Positions 1 through 13,581 of a stretch of 64,000 nucleotides of DNA are shown one piece after another; position 1 is the stretch's first letter, and every line of letters starts with the position of its first letter. Both the position numbers and the translations under genes were made by a program. The notes beneath the pieces were generated by a model that was not told the DNA's origin, ran no database searches, and saw only the letters and a program-made list of their open reading frames with translations. The stretch lies in NCBI GenBank assembly GCA_038496445.1, contig JALMLS010000195.1:62001-126000 (forward strand), written 5' to 3'. The DNA comes from Trichosphaerium sp. ATCC 40318 (taxonomy: Eukaryota; Protista; Tubulinea).

Positions 1-1997
1 GATAATTTTACCTGTGATAAGATTCTTAAATGTGGGGACAGGCAACTACAACGTTTGAAGTGCTTGGTGTACACAACTAACAATGAAAATTGGGATGTGT
101 TCAGCAATTTACTAAATCAGTACTTTACATGTTTTATTTTTACAATTCTAACGTCCTAATTAAAGGTTGGTTCACTTGGAGATAAATACCAAAGATATGC
201 CAATCCACCAAAAATCAATGCTTGCTTCATTCCAAAAAATGTCAAACCTAAAGACACTTCAATTTTACTTGAATAACAGGGCTAGAGGTGGTTACAAATT
301 GATTCTACCACAAGTAACGTAAGTATATTCTTGGTTCACCCTTCACTCTAGTCTAAAGAATATTTAGAGCATTGAAGATTTCTGCTTGTGATCAAGCCAT
401 AATAGCACAGTTTACAGTACCTAATCTGACTGTACTCTCACTTTATAAAATTCGCAGTGATGCCTTGGTACAGGTGTGTTACTTTTACCCCACCATGGCG
501 TAACATCTAATACTGTTGTATCTCTAGGCATTTCCTGAGATCATTAACAAACTTAAAATATTGCAAGTAATACAAAGTCAACTACCAGAATGTATTGAAT
601 CGAATACACTTCAGATTTTTGACTGTGACTACTGTCCAGAGCTTGTACGCCACTACAAAGTCATACTGTTGTCTTCATACTTTAATAACTTTTACACAGA
701 AAAGGCTCTATGCGCCACACCTTAAACAAGTGTGTTTAAAGCATAAATTGCAAGTGTACTATCCAGAGCTTGAAATTGGTTCACTTACACCTTGTGGCTA
801 TACAAAGATTCGGTGGGGCGGAAGATACTATCCAAAAGATCCCAAAGAATTACTTACTTCATCTCTGAAAGTACTGCACTTGAAGTCACTAGTGTATGAT
901 GATGCACCCATTAGTGTTCTGTCATTGTCATCATTGGAAGTTATTTCATTACAAGATGGAGATGGCATTTATAATATCAAGAACTTCCCAACATTAAAGT
1001 ACCTTACTTTTGGCGGTTGTCCACTCAATGCTTGGAAGATATCTCATGATAAACTTGAGTACATTGAGAAAAAGAAAAAAGCTGACTCTGAAGATGCTCA
1101 CTGCCCAAACTTAACTTTTATAGATTGTCCTTTACTGGTATGTTAAACTCCTTTTATAAGTCTAATGGAAGCTATTTAGAAAGAGCTATATATTGAAAAA
1201 TCTGTATTTCCCGGCTTTTCACAGAGAACAAGAAATATAAGACATCTTGAGATCAAAAACATTTCTCACTTCAATTGCCGAGCAATCAAAAAAATGATGA
1301 AGCTTGAAACACTCATCATTGAAAGTGTTGATTGTGGTCATGAATTATACATTTCCAGTACAAGTCTCAAAACATTGAGTATGTAATTATTTCAATATTA
1401 TTGTTACTGACTTACACAACTTGTAGAGGTAAGATACTGTGACGCAGTGCATGTTGAGTTGAAAACACCTCTGTTATGCTTTCTATCTTTGACTAATTTA
1501 AACAATATTGAAACTATCACTTGGGGTAGTAAACCAATGTGTAATCTCAAGACAATATTGGTTGATTATACATATCTTGATGATCGATCATTTGAAGGAC
1601 CTTTTGATAACTTCCCGTTCCCTTCTTTATTGTTTTTGAGTCTATATTGCACAGCCACAACATCAGTGACATTGTCCAAGATTGAAAAGAATTGTCCTCA
1701 TATCAAAATGGTACAGTCGTAGTACACTGCTTATTTCACTCACAATACTTACAGATAAATTATTATCATTACAGTAGTACCAAAATGGATAAAGAAATTG
1801 AAGCAATCATCACACAGATAACAGGACAGAGGATATACCACGTGGCATCTAAAGACAAACCAAAAGCACCAATAGATCAACCATTATGCAAGAAAGCACA
1901 AGAGTATATGAAGATGTTGGACACCAACACTTGGACGCCATTTACACCTTTTAAAGAAAAAGAAATGGAGTATCAAGAATTTGACTTTGTAGAATAG
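1..1997 (+). CDS. Leucine-rich-repeat protein (F-box/LRR-like), multi-exon, probably 5'-partial
   Basis: Exons carry LxxLxL units (SNLKTLQFYL, SSLKVLHLKS, PTLKYLTFGG, CNLKTILVD, PSLLFLSL...CPHIKM) separated by short GT-AG introns. Stop TAG at 1995-1997. Confidence 0.6.
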
Positions 1998-2616
1998 GTG
2001 GCCTCTTTTGTTGTGTAGAATAAAGCACTGAATTATATTAACAGCTGGTTATGCTTAAAAACAAGCAAATGAATATGACTTCTTTGTTAGTGAACTTTAT
2101 GTTGTTTACATGTGAGTACAGAAACTAGAGCACAAAGAATTTACATCAGACAACTATTACCGCTCAATATAACTTGCTCACAAAACAGTTTTTGCAGTTA
2201 TCTCAGTAGAAAGAAATGTTGTTGTGGCACGCAAATTTGATGCTGTTAAGTGCTCCAACGATACTTTTCCCACTTTTTTCTGAAATTGAGGCAATTGTAA
2301 GTCTCTGTCAGTCGACCCCAACAATTAACTCAACTTGGAAAGTCAGTTGTTTAACATCACTTTATTTGGACTAGGTTTCATGTTACCAAACATGCTAGAC
2401 TACTGGCTTGGCATCTTGTAATGTAAACATTATTGGTACTCCGAAGCAATTACCATTTACCAGTTTTAAAAAGGAACGGATGCGCATTTGGATCTCATCC
2501 AATTTTGGCGCAGCCGTAATCAATAGCTTGATTATAACCAAGTTACTGCATAGTCTAGCATTTATCTGACAAATGTGGGTTTTATTTGTGAGAAGCTGTT
2601 TGTTTACAACAATGAT

Positions 2617-5381
2617 TTAGACATTTTCATCAATTATATTACCCTTATACCAGTATTGTTCAAGCCATGAAGGACGATCTATGTCATAGTACTTATGGAG
2701 AACTCTCTCAGCAGAAAGAAGTGATCCTTCAGCCCAACCTGTACAGAAGAGTTAAATCACGTGTTTGATAGAGTGGTAAGTTTGTGTACCTGGATAAGCA
2801 GATATGTCGCAGTTAACAATGAAAAGATCAGATGAACTTATAGGATGTATTGCATTATCTAACCACTGACCAGCTGGTACATCACTAGGTAGTACTTCAA
2901 TAGCATGAGGTCCATACCAATCAGATGTAGCCCAATTAGCATAAACAGCAACTGTTGGTTTTGACTAGAATAATTCTTAGAAACCAACATTCATAGTAAC
3001 ATTTCAAGTGTTCGTACAATAGTTCTACGTTCTTCTTCCGTAGTGAAAACTGCGGTACTTTTCAATACATTCTCATGAACCATATCTAAGAATAGCTTCT
3101 TTTGAACGTTGTCTGGGCGTATTACATTCAACATTGACGGCTCTCTGTAGCCCTGAGTCAATGGTTAGTATCAAACAATACCAATTTTCTTACAAGTGTC
3201 CCGTCAAGTGGAATAACACGTTTCTCAGTACCACCAAGTCGATAACTAGCTAGTAACCATCCGCTACAGTTCTTTCCTTGTGCATCACATGTCCCTTTAC
3301 CATCGTAAAGTCTAGTCTCACCAAGAAAATCTACCGTTCAATTAGTACTTGTGCCGTTGTTTGTGTTACAATTTTTAGTAGACAGTACCATCTGTAAATA
3401 TATCGCCGGAGAACTTTCCCTTGTTGAGCCAGAAAGCGTCCTCGTAGAAAGCATATATTTTTGAACCCAATACTTGATTTTGTACTGATTGCAGAGCCCT
3501 TTGTCCAATGCTATTGATTCCTATTTGTACAGTGAGTTTTCACACTGACATCAATAATGGTACATTACCTGCATTGTATAAATGACTTCTTGGGTCTAGT
3601 CTTGATAAAGCGTGTTTATTCATGTTAAGAATAAGACGCTTAGCTTTCACAACCTAACACACGTGTTAGGTTGACACCGGAAAAACGAGTGAAAACAGAA
3701 TTTCTAAATCTGGTTTACCCTTCCGTTTTTGAAATGGATTCTAAAGTAGTTTCTCCTCTTGAAGAAAGCGATCATATCATGATTATAAAACAAGTGTCCG
3801 CCAGCATCTTCATATTTGTCTTTCATTCTATTGACCCACGTTAAGAATCCTGGACGCCCTTCTTCATCAATAACTGCTCTTTCGCTTGCAACGTTACCAA
3901 CAGAATTCGCAGCACTCTACATCAATATGTTAGGTATTGCTACTTTTAATAACAAGACTAGAACCATGAACACTTACTCTGACATCAAACAGTGCGTTGT
4001 AGTACATTGGCTCTGCAAACAATGAATTACCAAGATCGCCATTACCGTTTATAACATCAGCAAGAGCACGTGCTTCAGCTGACATTCTTTCACCAATAAA
4101 GGTGTTAGCATCAATACTATTACCATCTACGTAGATATATCAGCAACCTCCAGCAGTCACTTGGGAAATAAAAGAAGAAAACAAGAAAGGAATAAAGTAA
4201 CTCAGGTTAGGAGTTAAGCTGGGTTTTTTGCTACAAGCTTACCTATCCTTACACCTCCAGGAAGTTGGATACCAGCAGCTCTCATGGCAGCTAGAGTATC
4301 TGAGTATGCAGTCCATCGTACTTTAGGATCAGGGTCTGTAAGTAAGGGTATATTTGCGTCTATTTGAGGGTACGCTGAAGCTATTATTTCAAATCCTATT
4401 AAGGGTTCTGCGTTTGGCAAGCCTTGTAGTTTTTTAGCAATGTTGAAGTTTTTTGGAAGTTTTTGTTGGGTGTTACCCAACTTTTTTATCATATCACGTG
4501 TGCTCGTAATAATTTTTTTTTAGTTAGTTTTGGGTACCTTGTCCATATTTTTCAGAATCACGAAGGAAATAAGGAACCTTGGATGAGTTTGAGAATAAAT
4601 CATCAGCAGATATTTCGTGGTTCCTATTTTGTTTTATCAGTAATTTCAAGAAAACCCAAGACAACTTTTTGCCTCTAGAATAAAAACAATAGCTATAGAC
4701 TGATTACGCTAATCTATAGATAATTTATGGCAATGATGGAAACTAAAGAGGAAAAGTTTAAAATGAATAGGTGTTGAAAATAAGAATATCTATATCAGCT
4801 TCCTCTCACCTCAGAACAAAATATGCGTCACCACCGGGACAATCTCCTGGATCACGTGGCCCGTTTAGTTCAAAATCAACGTTTGAGGTCTGGTAGCATC
4901 TTGTAGGAACCTCAAAAACGTCTTCAACAAGTGCTCTAGATAAAAATTACTACAAAGAGTTTTTTGGTTTAAAGTAGTCCATGCTGCAGACTTTCTTTTA
5001 TACGTACGTTGTCATAATATGCCTATGTGTACGGTATCTGTAAGCACCTAGCTCAAGAACAAATTCTTTAGAGATTTCTGGAACTTCATCATGACCTACA
5101 GGTCGTATACGCCCACCAATGCGATCTAACCCTTCAAAAATGGCAACACGGCCTGGTTTGCATCCGTTCTTAAATTCACCCGTTAACAACCGCCACCCAG
5201 AGTAAATACCTCCGGGACCTCCACCAATGATAACAGTATCGTAGAAGCGCCTAGAGGGGTAGTAGGGTTAAACAATCTGATAAGAGATAATTAAAAACCT
5301 TGGTATTCTCCGCGAAGATGATACTAGACACGTGTAGCTGCAAGTTAAAAGTAATAAGTAAATTGTAACGCTCGCTTGCAT
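2617..5381 (-). CDS. Secreted flavin-dependent L-amino-acid oxidase (achacin/aplysianin/escapin-like)
   Basis: Signal peptide MQASVTIYLLLLTCSYTCLVSS. FAD motif YDTVIIGGGPGGIYSGWRL, then FEGLDRIGGRI and LELGAYRY. C-terminal GWAEGSLLSAERVL...RPSWL. Multi-exon. Confidence 0.85.
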
Positions 5382-5617
5382 TGCTTTAAAGGGTATACGT
5401 TTGTAGTAAATATGTTTATAACTCACATAATCATTGCGAGGTAAATGTGATTGTTTATATGAAAATATATCATTTTTAAGTGCTCTTTCTTTTTTTGCGT
5501 ATTGTCACGTGATAGAATTTTTGCAGTATTTTAAAATGAATGAAATAAATCTACAAATCATATTAAACCTTGTAAAGGGGTTCGGAGTTCGAACGCGTTT
5601 ATTGTACTTGCCGAAAA

Positions 5618-8600
5618 TTACAAAATTGTCATTGAGAAACGATATCTAGCATTTGCATCTTTTTCTACGAAAGGATACCACATTGGATAGTTTGTACCCC
5701 ATATATTATCCTCAAGTACGAAGTGAATACCACCTGATAAAGTAGGAGGGTTCACAACTGGAGTAGGGAAAGCACCTTGAAAGAAGCAAATTAACGAATA
5801 AAGTACTTTCGTAATTATCTACTAGGATAAGGTTATCTTCAGTGAACGTACTTAGTAAGCCTATTGAAACTAAAGGTGCGTCTGTTGATTCAAATTTAAG
5901 TCCTAGTTTATCTGTTTTGACCGTAACGCCAGACCATTGAGCGTGTAGATGCTGTGAAGCGTTTTTTACAACGTTTTCTAATGAGGTTTGGTGTTAACAA
6001 AGATTCCGTGTTGAGAGTTCCTCCTTACCAGCATTAACTTCGCTGAGAAGTTTACCGACAAAGACCTTCTCTGATTTATCAACAACCGGGTCGAAAGAGA
6101 AGAATAAACCTTCACCCATACGACAAGATGTTTTTTGAAACCTACAAACATTAAGTAAGGAATCCATTGTGAAAACATTTTTTCTTCAAAAAGGAAATTA
6201 AGTACCAATCTAGTGACCAACTAATCTCGTTTTCACTCACTTCAACTGTCGACCATAATGTCGCAGGACTTCCGTAACTATAGTATCGTTAGATACACAA
6301 ACACATGCAACATCTACTTACTAGGTAACTGCATCATGTGGCATGATCATAGGAACTAAAAACTCGCATGATGATTGTGTTTGTCTGAGGTAAATCTCGG
6401 ATGTTGAAGGAGACACAGTTTGATGTTTTGGGTTTCCTGCATCCATCCCTGGTTTACCGTAATCAAGGTATGCCCAGGTACACGTGGTATGAAAATCGCA
6501 GTTGATATATCCACTGAGGAAATCAGTAAAATCCTGAGTGGTGTATCCTTGATAAGCGAAAGAACCAAGAGTGTTTGATTGTGAAGCAATTTCGATGTTG
6601 GCGTTTTTTGAATCAACCAAATGAGACATTGCTTGGTTTACGGTTAGTTTGTCCTTATTTGTATTACATAGTTGCTGTACGTACCTCCTTGTTCGTTGAA
6701 ACCAACACTGAATCGGTTATTACCACAAGTATAAGTCTTGCCTACAAAATCGGATATCTTTGTGAATCCAATTGTTGAAGGTACACTTGCTTCGAGCTCA
6801 GAGAATGATCGCTTGATCTTGCTCGCAAGTGGATGATCTCCCAAAACCTTATTAAACAAAGCATTAGTACAGAAAGTACACACCCACAGACATTCAAAGA
6901 AATGGCCTTTGGATGATTCTTTTTTTTCATTGAAAAATAAAAACGTACTTCAATACCCTTGTATATATATTCACGCTGCTCAACCCAACCTATTTGTAGA
7001 TAAATAATGATACACAGTACCAAAGAAAAGGTTATTTTTAACTTCTGGGTGGTGCGTACTCTCAACTATGAGTTTGAAGTTTGGTTTAGTTAAGTTGCCG
7101 TGTAAGTCCTGGACAGACCACGTGGTGCTAAAGTATAATTTAAACAATAATTATCACTTCCGACAAGCAAATAGTTTAATCGTACGTGTCACGAAGGAAC
7201 GTCTTCACATCCATACCCCATGTATGCTACATAATTTAAACAATGTTCTTTGTTTTAGGTAAAACTGCCATTGAGAAAGGAGGGTTGAAAAAGTTGCAAT
7301 CAAAAACCAAATTAAACTTACCTCAGAACATTTGATAAGTAGTCTCATAAAGTTGTAGAACCTCTTGTCACTATAGTCACATTGTTTCGATGCTATGCAT
7401 GTTTCAATTTCCCGTTCAGCAGCTCTGAACTGAGCAGTCTTAAGAGGATCAGAACCAACTAAAGAAAAACACTTTAGAACTTCAATTTAAAACAAAAGAA
7501 AAGGTCTTCTTCGTACTGCCGTGAATCCATGTGTCTGCTATTTCTGTTGTAACAACAGGCAATAAATGAGTTGCACTCTTAAGCTCATTGACAAACTCTG
7601 TAAACGTTGACGCTTTGATTGTAGCATTTGGAAACTCTTGTTCAAGAGTGGTATAAACATCCAATACTTCCTTTGTATTTATAGCCGGACCACTATTATC
7701 ACCTCTCCAAGAAAGAGCGAGAGCATGATCGAAGCCATCAAAGTATACGCAATCCTTTAACGTGATACCGCCATAACCGCCAGGATGCCACATTGCTATA
7801 ATCTCTTGTTCTGCACTTGGCGGATTCCACATAAACACCTACAAGAGTTGGTTAACACTTCCTTTTTTTACTGCACGTGTTTGATACCTTTGGTACTACC
7901 GGTGGTGCAGCAGCTCCATTACATCCTACAGATACAGCATCAACGCCTACGGTCTTTAAAATCTAGATACATCAGTTAGAAGCGTAAATAACGAGTCGTT
8001 TAAGGTACGTCTATTGATCCAGCCGTTACTCCTGGAACATCTCTTTGCGATATCACTGTACTCCTTGGTATGCCAAACATATCATCCTGTGGTAAAGTAA
8101 TAAGAAATAAGGCGTACTTTAGAACGTACCAAGTCATGAACTAGCTTCACACCAAACTTTAACATCTCGGGAGAAAGAACAGATAATTCTCCGTTGAAAG
8201 GAAAAGCGTGGTAAGTAATATCACCTGTAAAAAAAATCACGTGGGTTGAACAACGTGATAATAACCTTCTTGCGGTACCTTGTTTGATAGTAGAAATAAA
8301 TGCATCTCTTTGTTCTTCGGTGGGGCAATGTAATTCTCCAGGGAAACTTCCATTTGTTGGACAATTTACGTACAAAGAAACTTGAACTGTGTTACTTTTT
8401 TCCACGTTATTGACATCTCTTCAAACGTACCAAGCCATGCTTGTGTCATCCAGACGTATCTACACGTGACGATTAAAATCGATTCAAAAACACTGTAAGG
8501 TAGACTTACCTATGCTTTGTAGTAGCACGCATCTCTTTTGCTATACTGCGAAGGACAATTAATTGATACCGAAAAATTTTTCGTTTTGTACGTTACTGCC

Positions 8601-8903
8601 TGAGGGAAATGATCATCGAAGTAAGAGTTTATGACATCAATAGCGAGACCCTCTATACTTGAATTAGGACCAAGGCGCACTTTTAAACTTAAAAATATGA
8701 TGACGTGCTCTGTGGGCTCACGTGCGCATTATAACCAGCGTCAAAGTGATTGGAAAACACTACGGGTAATAACATTAGCGACATGTGTATTACGCTCTGT
8801 ATGCCTTACCAACGTGTACGTATTTGATCTTAGTTGGATCTTGGGCGTATACGCTTTGTAGCAAAGCAACTACCACAACCACAGCTACGAAACAGCGAAA
8901 CAT
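5618..8903 (-). CDS. Secreted DUF5054 / GH38-like glycoside hydrolase
   Basis: Signal peptide MFRCFVAVVVVVALLQSVYA. Motifs VFSNHFD, GDITYHAFPFN, GDNSGP, LPVVTTEIADTWIHG, and C-terminal DNIWGTNYPMWYP typical of DUF5054 proteins. Confidence 0.75.
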
Positions 8904-9070
8904 TGTTAACAGCTACACTCTGAATAGGAGTAACTTAACAAGGTATTGTACTGACTTACAATGCCTTAAGATATGAACAAAGGCGCCATGTTTGCCATGT
9001 ACTTTAGCTTCGATTTAATACTTTATTGAATACAAGAAGTGATTTTTTTAAAATGGGCAGTCAAGGTTGG

Positions 9071-11157
9071 CTAGCTTTTGCGAACTGTTGTGAAAGAAAG
9101 TTTTGTTTGTTTTTTATCATCAGATTTTTTTGCACGTTTCTTAGGTCTGCTTGCTTTCTTCTTTCCACCTGGGTTTTTCACAAGAGCCAAACACTTCTTG
9201 GTACCTTTTGAAACTGCCATTGTACCGAATTCTTCTTCAGAAACCCACTTGGCTTTAGCCTCATCCAAAGAATCTAAAAACAAACAATGAGCTAAGTCGA
9301 ACTAATATTCCTTGCTCGTATGCTACTTACGTGAATCTACTTCAACCTGTACATGTTCTACAAGTAATGTTTGTCGTATATGAGTGAATAGATGAGTGAG
9401 TGACCCAACATGACGACGCTTTGATACCGAAACTGTCATTTTCAAAGTAGATAGTTTTTGGTCGGCAATTTCCTTTTGTTTATCTGCACTAAACTCTTTT
9501 TCTCCTTCATGATCAACAGAAGCAAACTCCCAAAAAGAAGCTAAGTACATTAGAATACAACTTACATGAGTTTTAAACAAAAAAAGTAGAGAAAGAATAG
9601 AGTTATGTCTTACCAAGTAATCCTTTATCAGGTCTTTTTAGTAACAAGTATTCTTTTGTATCTTTGTTTTGGACTACAGCCACAACACTTGTTATTTTTT
9701 TTGCTTCCTTCTTTGGTTTTCCGATAGGATATTTGGTTACTTCATCCCCGCCTTTAGCGCTCTGCACAAAGCCATAAACAATCAGCAAAAATTAAAAGTA
9801 ATAAAACTTTATAAAAAAAGCGAAAACATCACTTACAGCCTCATGTGCACGGCAAATAGACCTCACTGGGCAAGCGCTACATCTCGGATTTTTAGTTGTA
9901 CATACAGTAGCTCCAAGTTCCATAACAGCCTTCAAAAAAAGTAAGAACTGAAGAATATTTTAAGAAAACACGAGCCTAATCCTCGTACTTGATTAAAGTC
10001 TCCTGGGTGCGTTTCAGGTACTAAATCCTCAGCAAGTTTCCAATGAAGTTTTGTAGCTTTTGTTTTTTCAATTTCAATTGCTCTCAATCGTGACAACACA
10101 CGTATAACATTACCATCTTCAGTATTGTTAACCCAACACAAAAAAACAAAGTACACAATGCGTGGTACATACCAACAACAGGAGTGCTCACACCATATAC
10201 AATAGATGCAACAGCGCCTAATAATTCATAAATCAAACGCAATGAGTACAAAAAATACATACCGGCTGTGTACTTGCCAATACCCGGAAGACTAAGTAAC
10301 TCACTTGGTGTTTTTGGCAAAATACCATTGTGCTCACTTACGAGTTTCTAGTTTTACCATTAGGCTATATGACATGATTGACAATATACATACCTTAGCG
10401 CATTCGTGTAAGAATCTAGCACGTCTATAATATCCTAAACCAGCCCATAATTCATTGACACGCTAAAAAACAAGAAATTGCTTTAAAAAAAGTAATAGAT
10501 GAAAAAAAATCAACTTACTGAAATGTCTGCCTCGGAGAGTTCTTTAGCTGTAGGAAATTCTTTCATCCACTTACGCCAGTACTCAATAACTGTAGCTACC
10601 CTTACGCATAATATTAGTACAAATAGTTCGAATTATGTGGTGCATGGTGAGTAAAGTATTTAGGGAAAAACTAAGAAATGTCTTTCAAGTGTCAAAGTGA
10701 CAACAAAATGTAGGATTGACACTTAGTCCCTATGTGATTTTTTTTCGCTTTTACGTACTGTGTTTGTTGCAACATAATCTCAGACACCAGAACGCCATAT
10801 GCGTGATCGTGTGTAATGTCCTCAACGCTGCAAAAAAATGTTGATTTAAAAAAGTACTTGTATGGAAGCGTACTCATGTGTTTCTTTGTATTTAGGCGAT
10901 GGGATGCGCCAAGGTAATTCTCGTTGAGTTTTATCGTACCACGTATTCAAATTCTTCCGTAAATCTTTTATTTCTTCAGTGGTGAAGTCATAGTCGCTAT
11001 GTAAAGTGTTTGACATGGTGTAAAACGAGAAATAGCGTAAATCAATTTATATGACGGTTACATACCCATTCGCAATATCCTCAATATCACCAACGCTCCC
11101 AGAGGTGCTTAGTTTACGTTTACGTTTTCTAGTCGCAGGTTTTTTTTTGGTAGCCAT
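9071..11157 (-). CDS. MUTYH: A/G-specific adenine DNA glycosylase MutY
   Basis: VLVSEIMLQQTQ, WAGLGYYRRAR, HhH motif LPGIGKYTAGA, DGNVIRVLSRL, PGDFNQ, 4Fe-4S Cys cluster, NUDIX-like KRPDKGLL. Basic N-terminal NLS-like segment. Confidence 0.95.
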
Positions 11158-11251
11158 TGTCACAAAGCGTCTGTGAGCAAGTATAGTAAGCACTGTAAGC
11201 CTTGTTACAATTTCCCGCCTGTCACTCCTTAACGGCGACTTAAATTCAAAA
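11158..11251. promoter_or_regulatory. Putative bidirectional promoter (94 bp) between the MutY and cytidylyltransferase start codons
   Basis: Divergent ATGs at 11157 (-) and 11252 (+). Confidence 0.55.
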
Positions 11252-12201
11252 ATGTACAAGACTGTCATGAAACAATGTAAACAGACGACTGAACATCAAA
11301 AGGTAGCGTTGGCGACCTCAGACAAACGGAATGATTGTAAAATTGTCTATGTTGAAGGTATTTTCGATATACCTCACTGGGGACATGCCAATGTCGTTCA
11401 AAACGCGAAAAATACATGCGCAGAATTTTTTGGCGTTAACACAACACAAGTCAAAGTTTTAGTAGGCGGCAAGTGTATTGTTGGCGTAAAATAAACAAAT
11501 AACGCCGTCCAGTAGCCGCAGATGTAAAAGCAATCACAGAATACAAGAGGCCTCCTGTTTATACTCTAGAAGAGAAAATCAAACAGCTTTCTAGCTTCAA
11601 AGGCACGTAGAGCGCAAAACACGCCTCACACAATTTTGTTTGGCAAAAACACTTTCGAAGTACATTGTCTCACATTTTAACGTTCAACGAGTATTACAAC
11701 GTCGAAAAGTATGTCGAAACGTCGTATCTTTTTTTTCTGACATTTTCATAAAATGTCTTCCAAAAAATTCTGTAAATGTCAAAAAAACTCGTGCCTGACA
11801 CATGTCGTTGTAAACCTCTCTTCTGGTCTAATAAATATTTAGATGTCTGGAAAGTTATAACAGCTCCAAAGTGTACAACAGAAGAGTTTATTAATCAGCA
11901 AGAGATAGACCTTGTTACAGCAGGAAGTGACTACGACGATATCGAAAGAGCAAAGATTTATTACGCCGATCCAATACGGTTAGGAATATTTAAAACATTC
12001 CCAAGAACAGAAGGCAAACAAAAGAATAAAAGCTGTATAGGTTGTTTCTGACTCATTTTTATAGGTGTCTCTACAACAGACATAATGCAACGTGTTGTTG
12101 ATGTTGTGGTGAGCAGTGTGTTACGTAAGTTACCTGAAGAAGATATAAAAAGTAAAGAAACTGTTGCAGCGTTCTTGGAGCTCACCAAGAAGTATTTTTA
12201 G
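11252..12201 (+). CDS. Single-domain CTP:choline/ethanolamine-phosphate cytidylyltransferase family protein
   Basis: VYVEGIFDIPHWGH (HxGH motif), YKRPPVYTLEEK, and RTEGVSTTDI after splicing three GC-AG introns. Confidence 0.85.
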
Positions 12202-12519
12202 ATCCAAAAAAAAAACAAATGTAAATAACCTTTGGAAGGTAGCACTAAATGTGTGGGTATCCCTAGCAACGTTGCTAGCATGGCTAAAACACCTTGTAAC
12301 AGACTACAAATCTATTAGTAACATTTTTCTTGCTTCAATAGTGTGAAGTAGTACATGGATGTGCTGGGTTTTTAGCGCAAATCTGTCACAGAAATAAGTA
12401 GGCATTGCTTGTTTTCTAGTGGCGTAATTCAGCATCGCTCATATTGATGTATATAAAGGATTAAGGCACAAAGACATTACTGCATCAGAGCAGTAGTCTG
12501 ATGCTTGTTTTTTGTTTGA

Positions 12520-13581
12520 TCATTTTTCAATATCAGATTGCTTTGGTTCTCCATTCTCGTGCCACTCTTTTATCTGTCCAACTGGGCTACCGTTAAACCA
12601 CATGCTTTGGGACCTAATTTGTCCGTTAAGATACCACTGCATTTGCTCACCATGTTGTTTATCTTGTACCCACATGATTTGCATTTCAATTTGACCATTA
12701 TAGTACCATGCTTTATCCACACCATCTAATTTACCATCAACCCAAGTACGCTTTTGCCAAAGTTGCCCGTGATCATGATACAAAATACTCTCTCCAACTA
12801 TTTTACCATTTACCCAAGTCCTCACATTTTGCAACTGTCCGTTTGGATACCAATCTTTGTGTGTGCCACTTCGTTTACCATTTACCCAAAAGCATTGTTC
12901 TTCCAACTCTCCAGTCATATAGAACTCGTTTTGTTCACCATTTCTTTTACCATCAACCCACATGTTACGATGTTTTAGTTTTCCATCTTCATACCATCGT
13001 TTGCTTTCACCATGTTTTTTATTGTCAACCCACATACTTTGTTCTACAAGTTGTCCATTTTCATTCCAACTTTTTTCTTCACCTTGCATCTTACCATCAA
13101 CCCATATCCTTTGTAACCTTAGCTGACCATTAAAATGCAAAAACTTCTCCTCACCATGCATTACACCATCAACAAAATTAGCTACTGAAGCAAGCAGCCC
13201 AGTATCATTCCAATATTTGTACTCACCATGTAGTTTACCATTAACCCACACACTTTGTTCTGATTTTTTACCATCCTTATACCACTTTGTTTCCTCACCA
13301 TGCTTTAAACCATCAGCATGCATACCTTTTGCCTCGAGCTGTCCACTTTCATAAAATTTATTGAATATCCCGTTGTCAACGTACTTTTCTTTAGATATCC
13401 TTCCGCTTTTGTACCATCTTATCCATTTACCACTTGGTTTGAGATTACTATCAAAGTGAGTGTTAATTGCAGCTCTCTTTGATAGTGTGTGATATTTTGT
13501 GAATGCTTCAACGTTAAAAGTACAAATGTACTTTTGAATGTCACAAGGAATATCAAGAATGGTAGTGCATGCGCAGTACAT
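12520..13581 (-). CDS. F-box-like + MORN-variant (MORN_2/YwqK-like) repeat protein, single exon
   Basis: ATG at 13581 (MYCACTTILDIPCDIQKYIC, F-box-like). About 11-12 tandem 24-aa repeats WVxGKxxGExxxWYxNGQL. Confidence 0.85.
   Translation of the reverse strand: MYCACTTILDIPCDIQKYICTFNVEAFTKYHTLSKRAAINTHFDSNLKPSGKWIRWYKSGRISKEKYVDNGIFNKFYESGQLEAKGMHADGLKHGEETKWYKDGKKSEQSVWVNGKLHGEYKYWNDTGLLASVANFVDGVMHGEEKFLHFNGQLRLQRIWVDGKMQGEEKSWNENGQLVEQSMWVDNKKHGESKRWYEDGKLKHRNMWVDGKRNGEQNEFYMTGELEEQCFWVNGKRSGTHKDWYPNGQLQNVRTWVNGKIVGESILYHDHGQLWQKRTWVDGKLDGVDKAWYYNGQIEMQIMWVQDKQHGEQMQWYLNGQIRSQSMWFNGSPVGQIKEWHENGEPKQSDIEK

Noticed and set aside
5577-5600. GGGGTTCGGAGTTCGAACGCG resembling a tRNA T-arm or B-box
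   Set aside because: No cloverleaf can be built around it.
12538-13133. Plus-strand ORFs over the MORN gene (also 25980-26378 and 59501-59716)
   Set aside because: Antisense shadows of repetitive coding sequence.
12520-13581. Bacterial YwqJK toxin-antitoxin module or bacterial contamination
   Set aside because: No toxin partner; the gene has an F-box-like N-terminus and lies among intron-rich eukaryotic genes.
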